Origin: an uncultured Gammaproteobacteria bacterium
GTDB taxonomy: Bacteria; Patescibacteriota; Patescibacteriia; UBA2591; UBA6264
Length of the DNA stretch: 64,000 bases
Assembly (NCBI GenBank): GCA_964580825.1
Contig: CAZOLB010000001.1
Coordinates: 3,066-67,065 of the forward strand
Direction: 5' to 3'
Shown here: positions 39,930-50,295 of the stretch, in pieces
Layout: every line of letters begins with the position of its first letter
Numbering within the stretch: position 1 is the first letter of the stretch
Position numbers and translations under genes: made by a program
The notes under the pieces: model-generated
What the model saw: only the letters and a program-made list of their open reading frames with translations
Databases searched by the model: none
What the model was told of the DNA's origin: nothing

Positions 39930-41025
39930 TTATTCTTTTTTATTACGCAAATAACTTTCAATGATTTGTTCTAAGTCGCCGTCCAAAATTTTATCCACTT
40001 CGTTCGTCTCATAACCTGTCCTTAAATCCTTAACCAAATGATAGGGCTGGAGAACATAAGAGCGAATTTGATTACCCCAAGAAACCGATTTAAATTCTCC
40101 CCGCAGCTTCGCCTTTTCTTCCTCTTGCGCCGCCTGCGCGTATTGATAAAGCTTTGACTTCAATATCCTCAAGGCCCTTTCCTTGTTTTGGACTTGCGAT
40201 CTTTCCGCCTGGCAACTAACCGCAATTTTACTAGGCAAATGGGTAATCCTGATGGCGGTTTCATTTTTCTGGACATTTTGCCCGCCGTGGCCGGAAGCCA
40301 AAAAAGTGTCTATTTTTAAATCGTCCGGATTAATATCTACTTCTTCAATCTCATCCAACTCCGGTAAAACCTCTACTAAAGCAAAGGAGGTATGGCGCAT
40401 CTGTTCGGCGTCAAACGGCGAAATCCGAACTAGGCGATGAACTCCGGCTTCACTCTTTAAAAAACCGTAAGCGTACTCGCCTTCAACTTCAAAGACGACG
40501 CTTTTTATCCCCGCCTCAAGTCCTTTAGAGCGATCGATTATCTGTGTTCGCCAACCTCTTTTTTCCGCAAATCTCAAATACATTCTTAAAAGCATTTCCG
40601 CCCAATCCTGGGCGTCCACCCCGCCGGCGCCAGCGAAAATTGAAACCAAGGCGTTCCCTTGATCGTATTCTCCGTTTAAAAAAATCAGTTTCTCAAAATC
40701 ATTAAGCTGTTTTTCTATTTTAGAAAACTGCTTTTCTATTCCCTTATGCAAACTCGCTGTCTGATCTCGCTCGTCGAACCGGGCGATTTCCAAACAATCG
40801 TTAATGGACTTTCCAATGCCTTCCCATTGCTCGACTTTTTCTTTTAACCCGCTCAATTCTCTTGATATTTTTTCCGCCCTAATTCGGTTCTGCCAAAATT
40901 CCGGCCGAGCTATTTCCTCTTCTATTTGCTTTATTTTCTCCCTCTTTTCCGCCAAGTCAAAGATAGTCTCCGACTTTGCGGAGCCTCTTTTTAAAACCTT
41001 CTAATTGAATAATTAATTCCTGCAT
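39930..41025 (-). CDS. prfB: Peptide chain release factor 2, with programmed +1 frameshift at CTT TGA C (40956-40962)
   Basis: SPF and GGQ motifs; upstream frame MQELIIQLEGFKKRLRKVGDYL ends CTT-TGA-C, and the +1 frame continues DLAEKREK. Confidence 0.97.
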
Positions 41026-41027
41026 TT

Positions 41028-42386
41028 TTACTCCTTGTATTCTTCCAAAACGACCTTTACTGTTTTTTCCTCTCCTTGATGATAAATTTTCAAATTCAAT
41101 TCTTCTCCGGGTTTGTATTTCTGAATTTCTTTAACCAACGGTTTTTCTTCGGTAATTTTTTGCCCATTCATTTCCAAAATAATGTCATTCTCGACCAGGC
41201 CGGCCTTATTGGCCGGAGAACCGGGAATCACCGCCAATTCAGTCACGCTATCTCCTCTAACAATTAAAACTCCGTAATCATAAGGGAGCTTATTGTCCTT
41301 GGCAATTTGTTCGTTAATCAAAAGATACCTTACGCCTAAAAACGGCCTGACAATGCGACCATATTCTCTAACGCTCTCTACAACCTGCCTAATTTGATTA
41401 ACAGGAATGGCAAATCCTATTAATTTACCCTCATTATTAATGGCGGTATTTATCCCGATTACTTCTCCTTGTAAATTAATCAATGGGCCGCCGGAATTGC
41501 CGAAGTTAATAGCGGCGTCGGTCTGAATGACGTCTTCCAAAACCTCTGAATTGCCCATGGCGTCACCGGCTACCACCCGCCGACTAATTCCACTGATTAC
41601 ACCGCTGGTAACTGTATTACGATATTCTCCCAAGGCGTTACCAATGGCAATTACTGTTTGGCCTATTTTAAGATCATCCGAATTGCCCAGCTTAACCTCG
41701 GGTAAACTTTCAACCTCAACTTTTAAAACCGCTACATCATTAAAAGGGTCTCTGGCTAAAACTTTGGCCTCATATTTTTCTCCGTCATTAGTGACGACTG
41801 TATATTCCGCTTCTTCATCACTTACCACGTGTTTATTGGTCAAAATCAAGCCGTCTTTAGATGAGATAACAAAGCCCGTTCCTCCGCCGATTTCTTGTTT
41901 TTCTTTTTTCTGCTTATCCGGTAAAATATTCTGTCCCGACCCAAAGTCAAAAGGAAAATTAAAAAAGGGATTATCAAAAAAATCATTAGGAAATTGGTCT
42001 CCCCAAGGACTATAATAACGAGAAACATATTTACTGACGACAATGCTGACTACCGAGGGATTTATATTTTCAACGGCCCTAATAACCATCCCTTCCTGAC
42101 TGGTATCCTGATCAATTGTCCGAGGAATTTCTGAAGAACGGAGATTAACGACATTGGACAAAAAATAAGGAGTAAAATTGCTAAAAATATAACTCGAAGT
42201 AAAGATTCCTGCCACCGCGCCGGCTCCAATACCAATCAACAAACTGATAATTGCCACCATAATAATCGGCTTTTTAACAAAAAATCGGGCTGATTTCTTT
42301 TCTGAATGTAAATCCGCTTCCGTTTTTACTCCCTCCTGTCCGAGTCCGAAAATCATATCAATTTCTTTTTTTGTATCTTTATTCAT
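41028..42386 (-). CDS. HtrA/DegP-like serine protease with PDZ domain
   Basis: TNKHVV, DVAVLK, QTDAAINFGNSGGPL, C-terminal PDZ, N-terminal TM. Confidence 0.95.
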   Translation of the reverse strand: MNKDTKKEIDMIFGLGQEGVKTEADLHSEKKSARFFVKKPIIMVAIISLLIGIGAGAVAGIFTSSYIFSNFTPYFLSNVVNLRSSEIPRTIDQDTSQEGMVIRAVENINPSVVSIVVSKYVSRYYSPWGDQFPNDFFDNPFFNFPFDFGSGQNILPDKQKKEKQEIGGGTGFVISSKDGLILTNKHVVSDEEAEYTVVTNDGEKYEAKVLARDPFNDVAVLKVEVESLPEVKLGNSDDLKIGQTVIAIGNALGEYRNTVTSGVISGISRRVVAGDAMGNSEVLEDVIQTDAAINFGNSGGPLINLQGEVIGINTAINNEGKLIGFAIPVNQIRQVVESVREYGRIVRPFLGVRYLLINEQIAKDNKLPYDYGVLIVRGDSVTELAVIPGSPANKAGLVENDIILEMNGQKITEEKPLVKEIQKYKPGEELNLKIYHQGEEKTVKVVLEEYKE

Positions 42387-42428
42387 ATGATTTTAACATT
42401 ATTATTCAAGTTATCAACGACTGATATT

Positions 42429-43211
42429 TTATATCCTTATTTTTACATTGTCAAGTTTAAACAAATTCTTGATTTTCCGAACCGTTTTTTTAAACCATTC
42501 CGGAGAATATGGTTCCTTTGCCGCCATTTTCTTTTCAATCATATTGTTATTTGATCGAAACTGCTGCAAATAATATACTTTAGCGCCTTTTAAACTCCGA
42601 GCAATGGATAAAATATCGCCTTGATTCAATAACCCGGGAACGACCGTTGTCCGAAATTCATAGTCAATCATCGGGTTATCAATAATAATTTTGATACTCT
42701 TTTTAATATTTGACAAATCAGTTTCTACTCCCGCCAATCTCCTGTATTTTTCCGATCTAAGCGGAGCTTTGATATCCATCGCCACATAATTAACCAAATT
42801 ATTCTTTATCAGATATTCAATTGCTTTAGGATTGGCGCCATTTGTTTCAATTCCCACCCCCAACCCAATTTCTTTTATTTTTTTTATAAACTCAACTAAC
42901 GCGCTTTGAGTCTCCTTTGTCTCACCAACGGACCTGTTTTTTATATTCAATTTTTTATTTTTTATATCTAATTTTTGGTCTTTCAACGGTTCTCCGCCGG
43001 TAATCATTAAGCCGTCTAACAGATTTCGATTTCTTTTAAGAAAATTTAAAATATTCCCCTCGTCAATATCGGGCAATTTTTGCGGGTTTAAAACTAAATC
43101 CGTGTTATAGCAAAAAGGGCATCTAAAATTGCATCCTGGTAAAAAAACGACGGTGCAAATTTTGCCCGGCCATTCGATTAAGGACTCTTTTTGCCAACCC
43201 TTAAATTTCAT
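42429..43211 (-). CDS. nrdG: Anaerobic ribonucleotide reductase activating radical SAM protein
   Basis: CNFRCPFCYN (CxxxCxxC), ITGGEP, ETNG, EFRTTVVP; downstream of nrdD. Confidence 0.92.
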   Translation of the reverse strand: MKFKGWQKESLIEWPGKICTVVFLPGCNFRCPFCYNTDLVLNPQKLPDIDEGNILNFLKRNRNLLDGLMITGGEPLKDQKLDIKNKKLNIKNRSVGETKETQSALVEFIKKIKEIGLGVGIETNGANPKAIEYLIKNNLVNYVAMDIKAPLRSEKYRRLAGVETDLSNIKKSIKIIIDNPMIDYEFRTTVVPGLLNQGDILSIARSLKGAKVYYLQQFRSNNNMIEKKMAAKEPYSPEWFKKTVRKIKNLFKLDNVKIRI

Positions 43212-43287
43212 AAAAAAACCGTTAAGGCGATAACAAAAAAAATCAAAAAACAAAAGAATTAAAAATCAAAAAGCAAAAGCGATTCTC

Positions 43288-45375
43288 CTACTCTTTCACT
43301 ATCTCATATACTTTTCTTTGTTTGAATTCTTCTTGTTTGCCCAAATTAAACTGCTGGACCGGACGAAGATAACCGACGATTCTCGAATAAACCTCTGTTT
43401 TTGCTTGGCATTGGGAACAAGTATATTGCTCTCCTTTTAGATATCCGTGTTCCGGGCAAATACTGAAAGTCGGAGTAAAAGTAAAATAAGGCAAGCGGAA
43501 TTTTTCAAATATCTTCTTAATTAATATTCTAACCGTCGCGTTATCACTGACCATTTCCCCTAAAAATGCGTGGAAAACCGTACCCCCGCTATATTTCACT
43601 TGCAAATCATCCTGAGAATCCAAATCCTCAAAAAGTCCCCGACTGGAATCGACCGGAAGTTGGGTGGAGTTGGTATAATACGGTTCATTGTGCCCAGCCG
43701 TGATTATCCGCGGATAAATCTTTTTATCCATTTTTGCCAAACGATAACTCGTGCCTTCCGCCGGCGTCGCTTCTAAATTATAAATATTGCCGGTCTGCTT
43801 TTGGTAAAAAAGCAAACGGCGGCGCATAAAATCTAAAATCTTTAAGGTGAAATTTCTTCCTTTCTCGCAAAGAATATTTTCGCCCATAAAATTCAATAAA
43901 GCTTCATTCATTCCTACCAAACCAATGGTTGAAAAATGATTTGCCCAATAGCGCCCGCGCATCTTTTTTATATTGCGCAAGTAAAACTTAGAGTAAGGAT
44001 AAAGACCCTTCTCAATAAAATTTTCCAACATTTTTCTTTTTATCTCCAAACTCTCTTCGGCTAAATCCATTAAATATTTCAATCTATCCAAAAAATTTCT
44101 CTCATTCTTGGCTAAATAACCGATTCTAGGGAGATTTATAGTCACTACCCCCAAACTGCCGGTTAAAGGAGCGCTGCCAAAAAGACCGCCTCCTCGATGA
44201 TATAATTCCTTGCTATTCAATCTCAGTCGGCAACACATTGAACGGATATCTTCGGGATTCATATCCGAATTAATAAAATTGGCAAAATAATTGGTGCCGT
44301 ATTTCGCCGTAGCCTCCCACATCGGCTCATAAGCCGGGTTGTCCCAATCGAATTTTTTGGTGATATTGATGGTCGGAATAGGAAAAGTAAAAACTCTTTG
44401 TCTGGCGTCGCCGAGAGCCATAACTTCGTAAAAAGCCCGATTAAACATATCCATTTCTTTTTGAAACTCCCCATAAGTTTTTTTCTGGGATTTACCTCCG
44501 ATAATAACCGGCATCTTGGAAAGGGTTGACGGCGGTTTAAGATCAAGAGTGACGTTTTCAAATGGCGTTTGAAAACCAACTCTGGTCGGCACATTGCAAT
44601 TGAATAAAAATTCCTGCATTGCCTGCTTAACTTGCTGATAATTCAGCTTATCGTAATAAATAAACGGCGCCAAATATGTGTCAAATGATGAAAAAGCGAT
44701 AGCGCCAGCCGCTTCTCCCTGAAGGGTATATAAAAAATTAACCACCTGTCCCAGAGCTGTTCGGAAGTGTTTTGCCGGCGTCGACTGTATTTTGCCCGCG
44801 ACCCCGGTAAACCCCTGGGATAGCAAGTCATAAAGATCCCATCCGACGCAATAAGGAGCTAAACTGCCAAGATCGTGAATATGAAAATCTCCTGATTCGG
44901 CCGCCTGCCTAATTTCCGGCGGATAAATTCTGTTCAGCCAGTATTTTTTAGTAACGGCATTGTCGACATAATTATTCAAACCCTGCAGAGAATAAGTCAT
45001 ATTGGCGTTTTCTTTGATTTCCCAATCGCTCTCGGCTAAATATTTTTCAATCATTCCTAATCCGTCTTTCATAACTCGAGCTTCTTCTCTAATTCGACGA
45101 TGCTGGTCGCGATAAATAATATAAGATCGGGCGATATCGGCTAAATCGGACTGAATTAAAACTTCTTCGATAATATCTTGCACTTCTTCCACTTCCGGCA
45201 CCCTGCCTTTGAAACGGCGATTAAGGATTTTTACCACTTTATCGGCTAAATCATCCGCCAAATTGCCATCTTTATCCGAAGAAGCAGTTATGGCTTTAAA
45301 AATGGCCTGGGTAATTTTATTCTTATTGAACTTTACTACCCGGCCATCTCTTTTCGCAATTTTACTTATTCCCAT
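43288..45375 (-). CDS. nrdD: Class III anaerobic ribonucleoside-triphosphate reductase with ATP cone
   Basis: KRDGRVV ATP cone, SMCCRL, EATPAEG, CPEHG...CSQC, glycyl-radical YSRIVGYLRP. Confidence 0.96.
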   Translation of the reverse strand: MGISKIAKRDGRVVKFNKNKITQAIFKAITASSDKDGNLADDLADKVVKILNRRFKGRVPEVEEVQDIIEEVLIQSDLADIARSYIIYRDQHRRIREEARVMKDGLGMIEKYLAESDWEIKENANMTYSLQGLNNYVDNAVTKKYWLNRIYPPEIRQAAESGDFHIHDLGSLAPYCVGWDLYDLLSQGFTGVAGKIQSTPAKHFRTALGQVVNFLYTLQGEAAGAIAFSSFDTYLAPFIYYDKLNYQQVKQAMQEFLFNCNVPTRVGFQTPFENVTLDLKPPSTLSKMPVIIGGKSQKKTYGEFQKEMDMFNRAFYEVMALGDARQRVFTFPIPTINITKKFDWDNPAYEPMWEATAKYGTNYFANFINSDMNPEDIRSMCCRLRLNSKELYHRGGGLFGSAPLTGSLGVVTINLPRIGYLAKNERNFLDRLKYLMDLAEESLEIKRKMLENFIEKGLYPYSKFYLRNIKKMRGRYWANHFSTIGLVGMNEALLNFMGENILCEKGRNFTLKILDFMRRRLLFYQKQTGNIYNLEATPAEGTSYRLAKMDKKIYPRIITAGHNEPYYTNSTQLPVDSSRGLFEDLDSQDDLQVKYSGGTVFHAFLGEMVSDNATVRILIKKIFEKFRLPYFTFTPTFSICPEHGYLKGEQYTCSQCQAKTEVYSRIVGYLRPVQQFNLGKQEEFKQRKVYEIVKE

Positions 45376-45453
45376 ATTGAATCTATAAAAATTTATTTAA
45401 AAAAATAAAAAATTTAAACAAGTCCGCTGACTGACGATAATTTTTACCCCGAC

Positions 45454-45954
45454 TTATATCAATGATTGAATTTGTTTGATCGCCTCGGGAATGAAGGGTA
45501 ATAAGATTTTGCCGGCGCCGGTCAAAAATGGAACCACGACAGAAGTGTCCAAAAGGTTCGTCCAGCCAAAACCCAAAGGCAATTTGGCGGAAAAATACAA
45601 AATTAACCCCATAAACAGAATCCCTTCAATAAAGCCAAAAACGGCTCCGGCAAGACAATTTAATGTTTTTAAAATTGGAAAACTGAAAATCTTATTAATT
45701 ACCTTAAGTAAAGAAATAATAACAAACTGGGCAACGGCAAAAATAATAATGAAAGCCAAAATGCGGGCTAATCCCAAGTTGTCGCCCAAAAAACTCAAAA
45801 TTTTCAAAGATAAAGATTCGTACCAACGGCTGGAAATAAAAACAGATAAAACAACGCCGACAATTCCGCCGAGCGTTCTTATCAACCCGTTCCAAAAACC
45901 GAACCAAACAAAACCGAATAAAATTAAAAGAAGAATGACGTCAAAAAATGTCAT
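45454..45954 (-). CDS. CvpA family membrane protein
   Basis: DVILL...GFWNGLIR, LAGAVFGFIEG; multi-TM. Confidence 0.85.
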   Translation of the reverse strand: MTFFDVILLLILFGFVWFGFWNGLIRTLGGIVGVVLSVFISSRWYESLSLKILSFLGDNLGLARILAFIIIFAVAQFVIISLLKVINKIFSFPILKTLNCLAGAVFGFIEGILFMGLILYFSAKLPLGFGWTNLLDTSVVVPFLTGAGKILLPFIPEAIKQIQSLI

Positions 45955-46009
45955 AAGCGCCAAAATTAAGTTTAAAAAACGAAATTGCCATTTTATTTAT
46001 CAAATCGTC

Positions 46010-47518
46010 TTATAGTCTGGGGAAAAGTGCTTTTCCTTGTTTAACGTTAGTAAATTTTACCTTTCCCCATTTTTGTCCTTGTTCTAAAGATTTTATTTTT
46101 TCTTTTCCCAAAAGCCCCAGAGATTCAAAAATTAGATCGCTTTTCGAAGGCATAAACGGCAACAGCATCCACCCTAAATGCCTTAAAACTTCCAATAAAT
46201 TATAAATTGTTTTTTGATATTCGGGCTGATTATTTTTAAACAGTTCCCATGGCTTTTTCGCGTCTACATAACGGTCGCAAAAGGCGACTAAGTCGGAAAT
46301 ATTATCCAGGGTGGTTTCGAATTTAAAATCCTCAAGAGCCGCCTCATATCCCTGCCAAATTTTGGCAATCTTATTTTTAAAGTCGGCATTCGAAGATTTA
46401 TCCGGGAAAAAACTATTTTTTTTATTTTTCGCGGCTAAAACCAGGACTCGCCTCACTAAATTACCCAACCCATTGGACAAATCGCTGTTATATTTATCGT
46501 AAAGCCGAGATTGGGAAATATCCCCGTCCGAACCAAAAGAAAAAGAGGAAACAATTAACCAACGAAAGGCATCCGAACCGAAAACCAATGCTAGTTCTTC
46601 CGCGTCAATCGCATTGCCCAACGACTTGCTCATTTTTTGTCCATTAACGGTAAAGTATCCGTGAACATATAATTTTTTAAAAAGAGGAGCGCCTAAACTT
46701 AAAAGTATGGCTGGCCAGAGAACAGCATGAAATCTCAAAATATCCTTGCCGATTAATTGCACTTCCGGTGGCCAAAATAAAGGCCATTTTTGCCCCGGCC
46801 CTTTCCAGCCGATTCCAGACAAATAATTCAGAAGGGCGTCAACCCAAACGTAAACGCTCTGCGACTTATCCCAAGGAATGGGAACGCCCCATTCTACTTT
46901 CTCCCGGGAAATAGCCAAGTCCTCCAATTTTTCCGACGTTAAAAATCCTAAAATTTCATTTTTTCTTGACTCAGGTTCAATAATCAACGCCTTTGTTTTA
47001 ATAAGATTCAATAATTGTCTTTGAAAACTTGACAACTTCAAAAAATAACAATCTTCGGCCAAAGTAATCGGCTCTTGCTGATGGATCGGGCACTTGCCGT
47101 CAGACAACTCCTTATTGGTATAATACCTTTCGCAACCAACACAGTAAAGACCCTTGTAAACTCCCGAATAAATCAACTTTTTTTTATTCAGCTCGTTTAA
47201 AACCTTAGATACTAATTTCTCGTGGTCCGCTTCCGTCGTTCTAATAAACCTATCGTAAGAAATATCTAAAATATCAAAAACCTTGCTAAATCGAGACGAA
47301 TTCTGGTCGCATATTTCCCGGGGCGTGATATTTTTTTCCCTTGCCGATTTAGCCACTTTTTCTCCGTGCTCATCCGTCCCGGTCAAGAAAAAAACTCTTT
47401 CTCCCTTCATCCGATGCCAACGAGCTAAAATATCAGCCGCAATTGTCGTATAAGCATGACCGAGGTGCGGCTTATCATTAACATAATAAATTGGTGTAGT
47501 GATGTAAAATTTTTTCAT
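46010..47518 (-). CDS. metG: Methionine--tRNA ligase
   Basis: YYVNDKPHLGHAY, GTDEHG, YVWVDAL, KMSKS. Confidence 0.98.
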   Translation of the reverse strand: MKKFYITTPIYYVNDKPHLGHAYTTIAADILARWHRMKGERVFFLTGTDEHGEKVAKSAREKNITPREICDQNSSRFSKVFDILDISYDRFIRTTEADHEKLVSKVLNELNKKKLIYSGVYKGLYCVGCERYYTNKELSDGKCPIHQQEPITLAEDCYFLKLSSFQRQLLNLIKTKALIIEPESRKNEILGFLTSEKLEDLAISREKVEWGVPIPWDKSQSVYVWVDALLNYLSGIGWKGPGQKWPLFWPPEVQLIGKDILRFHAVLWPAILLSLGAPLFKKLYVHGYFTVNGQKMSKSLGNAIDAEELALVFGSDAFRWLIVSSFSFGSDGDISQSRLYDKYNSDLSNGLGNLVRRVLVLAAKNKKNSFFPDKSSNADFKNKIAKIWQGYEAALEDFKFETTLDNISDLVAFCDRYVDAKKPWELFKNNQPEYQKTIYNLLEVLRHLGWMLLPFMPSKSDLIFESLGLLGKEKIKSLEQGQKWGKVKFTNVKQGKALFPRL

Positions 47519-47821
47519 ACTAATTTATTCGTCTTACTTTTTGAAACCTTATTATATTAACTTAATATTAATATTTGTCAAAATCCGACTATTGAAAATT
47601 TTTAAAAAAAATCTATCTATCACCATACCTCTTCTAATTTCTTCCTTTTACATCGTCAGTCTAAAATACAAATTTTTTATTTCTAAAATTGGTTTAATCC
47701 AAAATATCTTTGTATTGTCCTTTAGTTAAACCGTTGATTTAAAAATAATAATTTTTATTTCATAAATTCTCCCTCGGGATAAACCCTAAATTATAAAATT
47801 CTGTTCTTTTTGAACGCCAAA

Positions 47822-48490
47822 TTATTTTGGCGCGACAACCACGACAAACTCACCCTTCAGATTTCCTTGTTCCATTTTTTCTAAAACCTCTTCTATTTTT
47901 CCCCGATAAACAGTTTCAAATTTTTTAGTTAATTCGCGACAAACAACCATCCGTTTATTTAATTCTAATTCTTTTAATCTCTTTAAGGTTTTAACGATTC
48001 GATAAGAAGATTCGTAAAAAACCGCGGTTATTTTACTCTCAATCATCTCCTCCAATATTTTTTCTTTCCCTTTTTTATGAGGAATGAAGCCGTAGAAAAT
48101 AAATTTATCCGTCGGAAAACCGGAGATACTCAAAGCGGCAATAGCGGCGCAAGGCCCGGGCACTGGTATAACTGCTAAATCTTTAAAACGTTTAACCGCT
48201 AAATCTATCAACTGGTTTCCGGGGTCGGCAATACCCGGCGTGCCGGCATCGGAAACAAGAGCGAGTTCTTTATTTTGCGAAAGCAAATCCAAGATATAAT
48301 CCATTTTTCCCAACCTTGAATGTTGATGATAACTGATTACTGGCGTTGCTATTTTGTAATAATCCAAAAGGAGCTTTGTCCGACGAGTATCCTCGCATAA
48401 AATAAAATCGACACTCTCGAGCGTTTTAACAGCTCTTTTGGCAAAATCTTCAAGATTGCCAATAGGAGTGGCAATAATATATAACTTCAT
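47822..48490 (-). CDS. rsmI: 16S rRNA C1402 2'-O-methyltransferase
   Basis: ATPIGNLED, CEDTR, SDAGTPGIADPG, RELTKKFE. Confidence 0.96.
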   Translation of the reverse strand: MKLYIIATPIGNLEDFAKRAVKTLESVDFILCEDTRRTKLLLDYYKIATPVISYHQHSRLGKMDYILDLLSQNKELALVSDAGTPGIADPGNQLIDLAVKRFKDLAVIPVPGPCAAIAALSISGFPTDKFIFYGFIPHKKGKEKILEEMIESKITAVFYESSYRIVKTLKRLKELELNKRMVVCRELTKKFETVYRGKIEEVLEKMEQGNLKGEFVVVVAPK

Positions 48491-48561
48491 CTATGTTTGC
48501 TTTATTTATTTTTTGACTGTCGATAGACTCGCCAATTCTTATTTAAAACAACAAAAAAATA

Positions 48562-50154
48562 CTAACGACGAGGGCGTGGAGGATTATCTTTTTTAAATTC
48601 TATACCTAATTCCGAGAGTTCAGCAACGCCGCTTGTATTTCTATAAGATGTTCTCATTTGGGGGTTTTTGATTATTGGTTTGACTTCGCCACTTTTTATT
48701 TTTTCCAAACAATCATGACAATAGACCGGTCGGCGTGAGTCTGGCTTAAAAGGCACTTTAGTTTCCTTTTTGCAAGCCGAACATTCGGCCAAATAAAGCC
48801 CTGAAGCCGTAGTGCTTATCCCACTACTCCACTCCCTAATTTCATCTTCAATCTCCTGTCGAGGCCGGGTATAAAGACGGCGAGACGTCTCAATCAACTT
48901 CTGAGGATCCACTACTCTATCTTCTTTTAATTCAAAAGGGGGCATAGTCTTAGCTGAAAAAGGACGGCTAGTAACGCTGTTAACCATTAATTTAATATAA
49001 ATGCGATAGTTGGGTAAATTAACGATATCTTGGGCGGTAAACTCCGGACTAAATTCTTTTTCTAAAAACTCGGCATCGGCTGCGCCAACCCGAAAAGAAA
49101 TCATCGTGCCAACGTTGCCAAAAACCGAATCGCGAACTGTCGAAGACGATTCCGTGCTTAACTGTCCGATATATTGATGAACAATAGTCAAGTTGAGATA
49201 ATATTTTCGCGCTTCAGAAAGAATGCCGGCAAACGACTCAGTCACAAAATTTTGAAATTCGTCAACATACAAATAAAAATCTTTGCGTTCTTTTTCGGGA
49301 ATACGCACTCGCTCCATGGCGGAAAGCTGAATTTTAGTAATCAACATCGCTCCCAACAAAGCCGAATTATCTTCACCGATTCTCCCCTTGGAAACGTTAA
49401 CTAAAAATATCTTTCCTTTATTCATAATGTCGAAAAGGTCGATAGTGCTTTCTTTTTGTCCGACCACATTACGCACTAGAGAGGTGGAAAGAAACTGTCC
49501 GACTTTATTTTGAATCGGCGCGATCGCTTCACTCCTAAAACTGTCTTTCCATTCTTCATATTCATTAATCCAAAACGCTTTAACTACAGGGTCTTTAAGA
49601 TTTTTAACAATCATTTGTCTATATTCTTTATCAACTAATAACCTCGGTATTCCCAAGAGGGTCGTATTCGGCGTATCCAAAAGGGCCAAAATGGCATTAT
49701 TAAGAATATATTCCATTCTCGCTGACCAAACATTAGCCCAAAGTTTAGTAAAAATCCCCATTAAGCCAGAGGCGACTAAATGTTTATATTTTGGGTCGGG
49801 TAGGGCTAAAATATTGAAGCCAGCATGATAATCTGTATCGGCGGGATTAAAATAAATAACGTCTTTTTCTCTTTTTGTGGGTATTTTTTTTAAAATCGAC
49901 TCGACTAATTCGCCATGAGGATCAATGACACAAACCCCCTCGCCATTCATAATATCCTGCAAAATCATATTATGGATAAAAACCGATTTACCAGTACCGG
50001 TTTTACCGACCACGTACATATGTTGGCGCCTATCTTTTCTTTTAATGCCAAAAATTCTTTCGGTGTTGCGAAAGTCCGTTTTGGCTAAATAAATAATATC
50101 TTTATTTTCCTCTCCGGCCCCGAGAGAATTGCTATTTTTATTTTCTTCTGCCAT
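48562..50154 (-). CDS. VirD4/TraG/HerA-like ATPase with C-terminal CxxC-x17-CxxC domain
   Basis: DRRQHMYVVGKTGTGKS, IDPHG, LYVDEFQNF, SEARKY, CSAC...VPFKPDSRRPVYCHDC. Confidence 0.88.
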   Translation of the reverse strand: MAEENKNSNSLGAGEENKDIIYLAKTDFRNTERIFGIKRKDRRQHMYVVGKTGTGKSVFIHNMILQDIMNGEGVCVIDPHGELVESILKKIPTKREKDVIYFNPADTDYHAGFNILALPDPKYKHLVASGLMGIFTKLWANVWSARMEYILNNAILALLDTPNTTLLGIPRLLVDKEYRQMIVKNLKDPVVKAFWINEYEEWKDSFRSEAIAPIQNKVGQFLSTSLVRNVVGQKESTIDLFDIMNKGKIFLVNVSKGRIGEDNSALLGAMLITKIQLSAMERVRIPEKERKDFYLYVDEFQNFVTESFAGILSEARKYYLNLTIVHQYIGQLSTESSSTVRDSVFGNVGTMISFRVGAADAEFLEKEFSPEFTAQDIVNLPNYRIYIKLMVNSVTSRPFSAKTMPPFELKEDRVVDPQKLIETSRRLYTRPRQEIEDEIREWSSGISTTASGLYLAECSACKKETKVPFKPDSRRPVYCHDCLEKIKSGEVKPIIKNPQMRTSYRNTSGVAELSELGIEFKKDNPPRPRR

Positions 50155-50161
50155 AGCTAAT

Positions 50162-50190
50162 ATTATAACCTCTTTATTTTATTAAGACAA
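50162..50190 (-). promoter_or_regulatory. Putative leaderless promoter
   Basis: TTGTCT-17 nt-TATAAT ending 7 nt before the ATG at 50154. Confidence 0.5.
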
Positions 50191-50295
50191 CTATTTTATC
50201 GCTTTTAAAAAATAAAAAGGGATTAAACTCCCAAAAAACCGATAACAATATCCGCCAAGTATCATAACAAAATGACATTAAAATTAAAACGATTA

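Noticed and set aside
47520-47821. 300-bp metG-rsmI spacer as a T-box, riboswitch or small gene
   Set aside because: Very AT-rich, with no T-box or SAM motif and no convincing ORF
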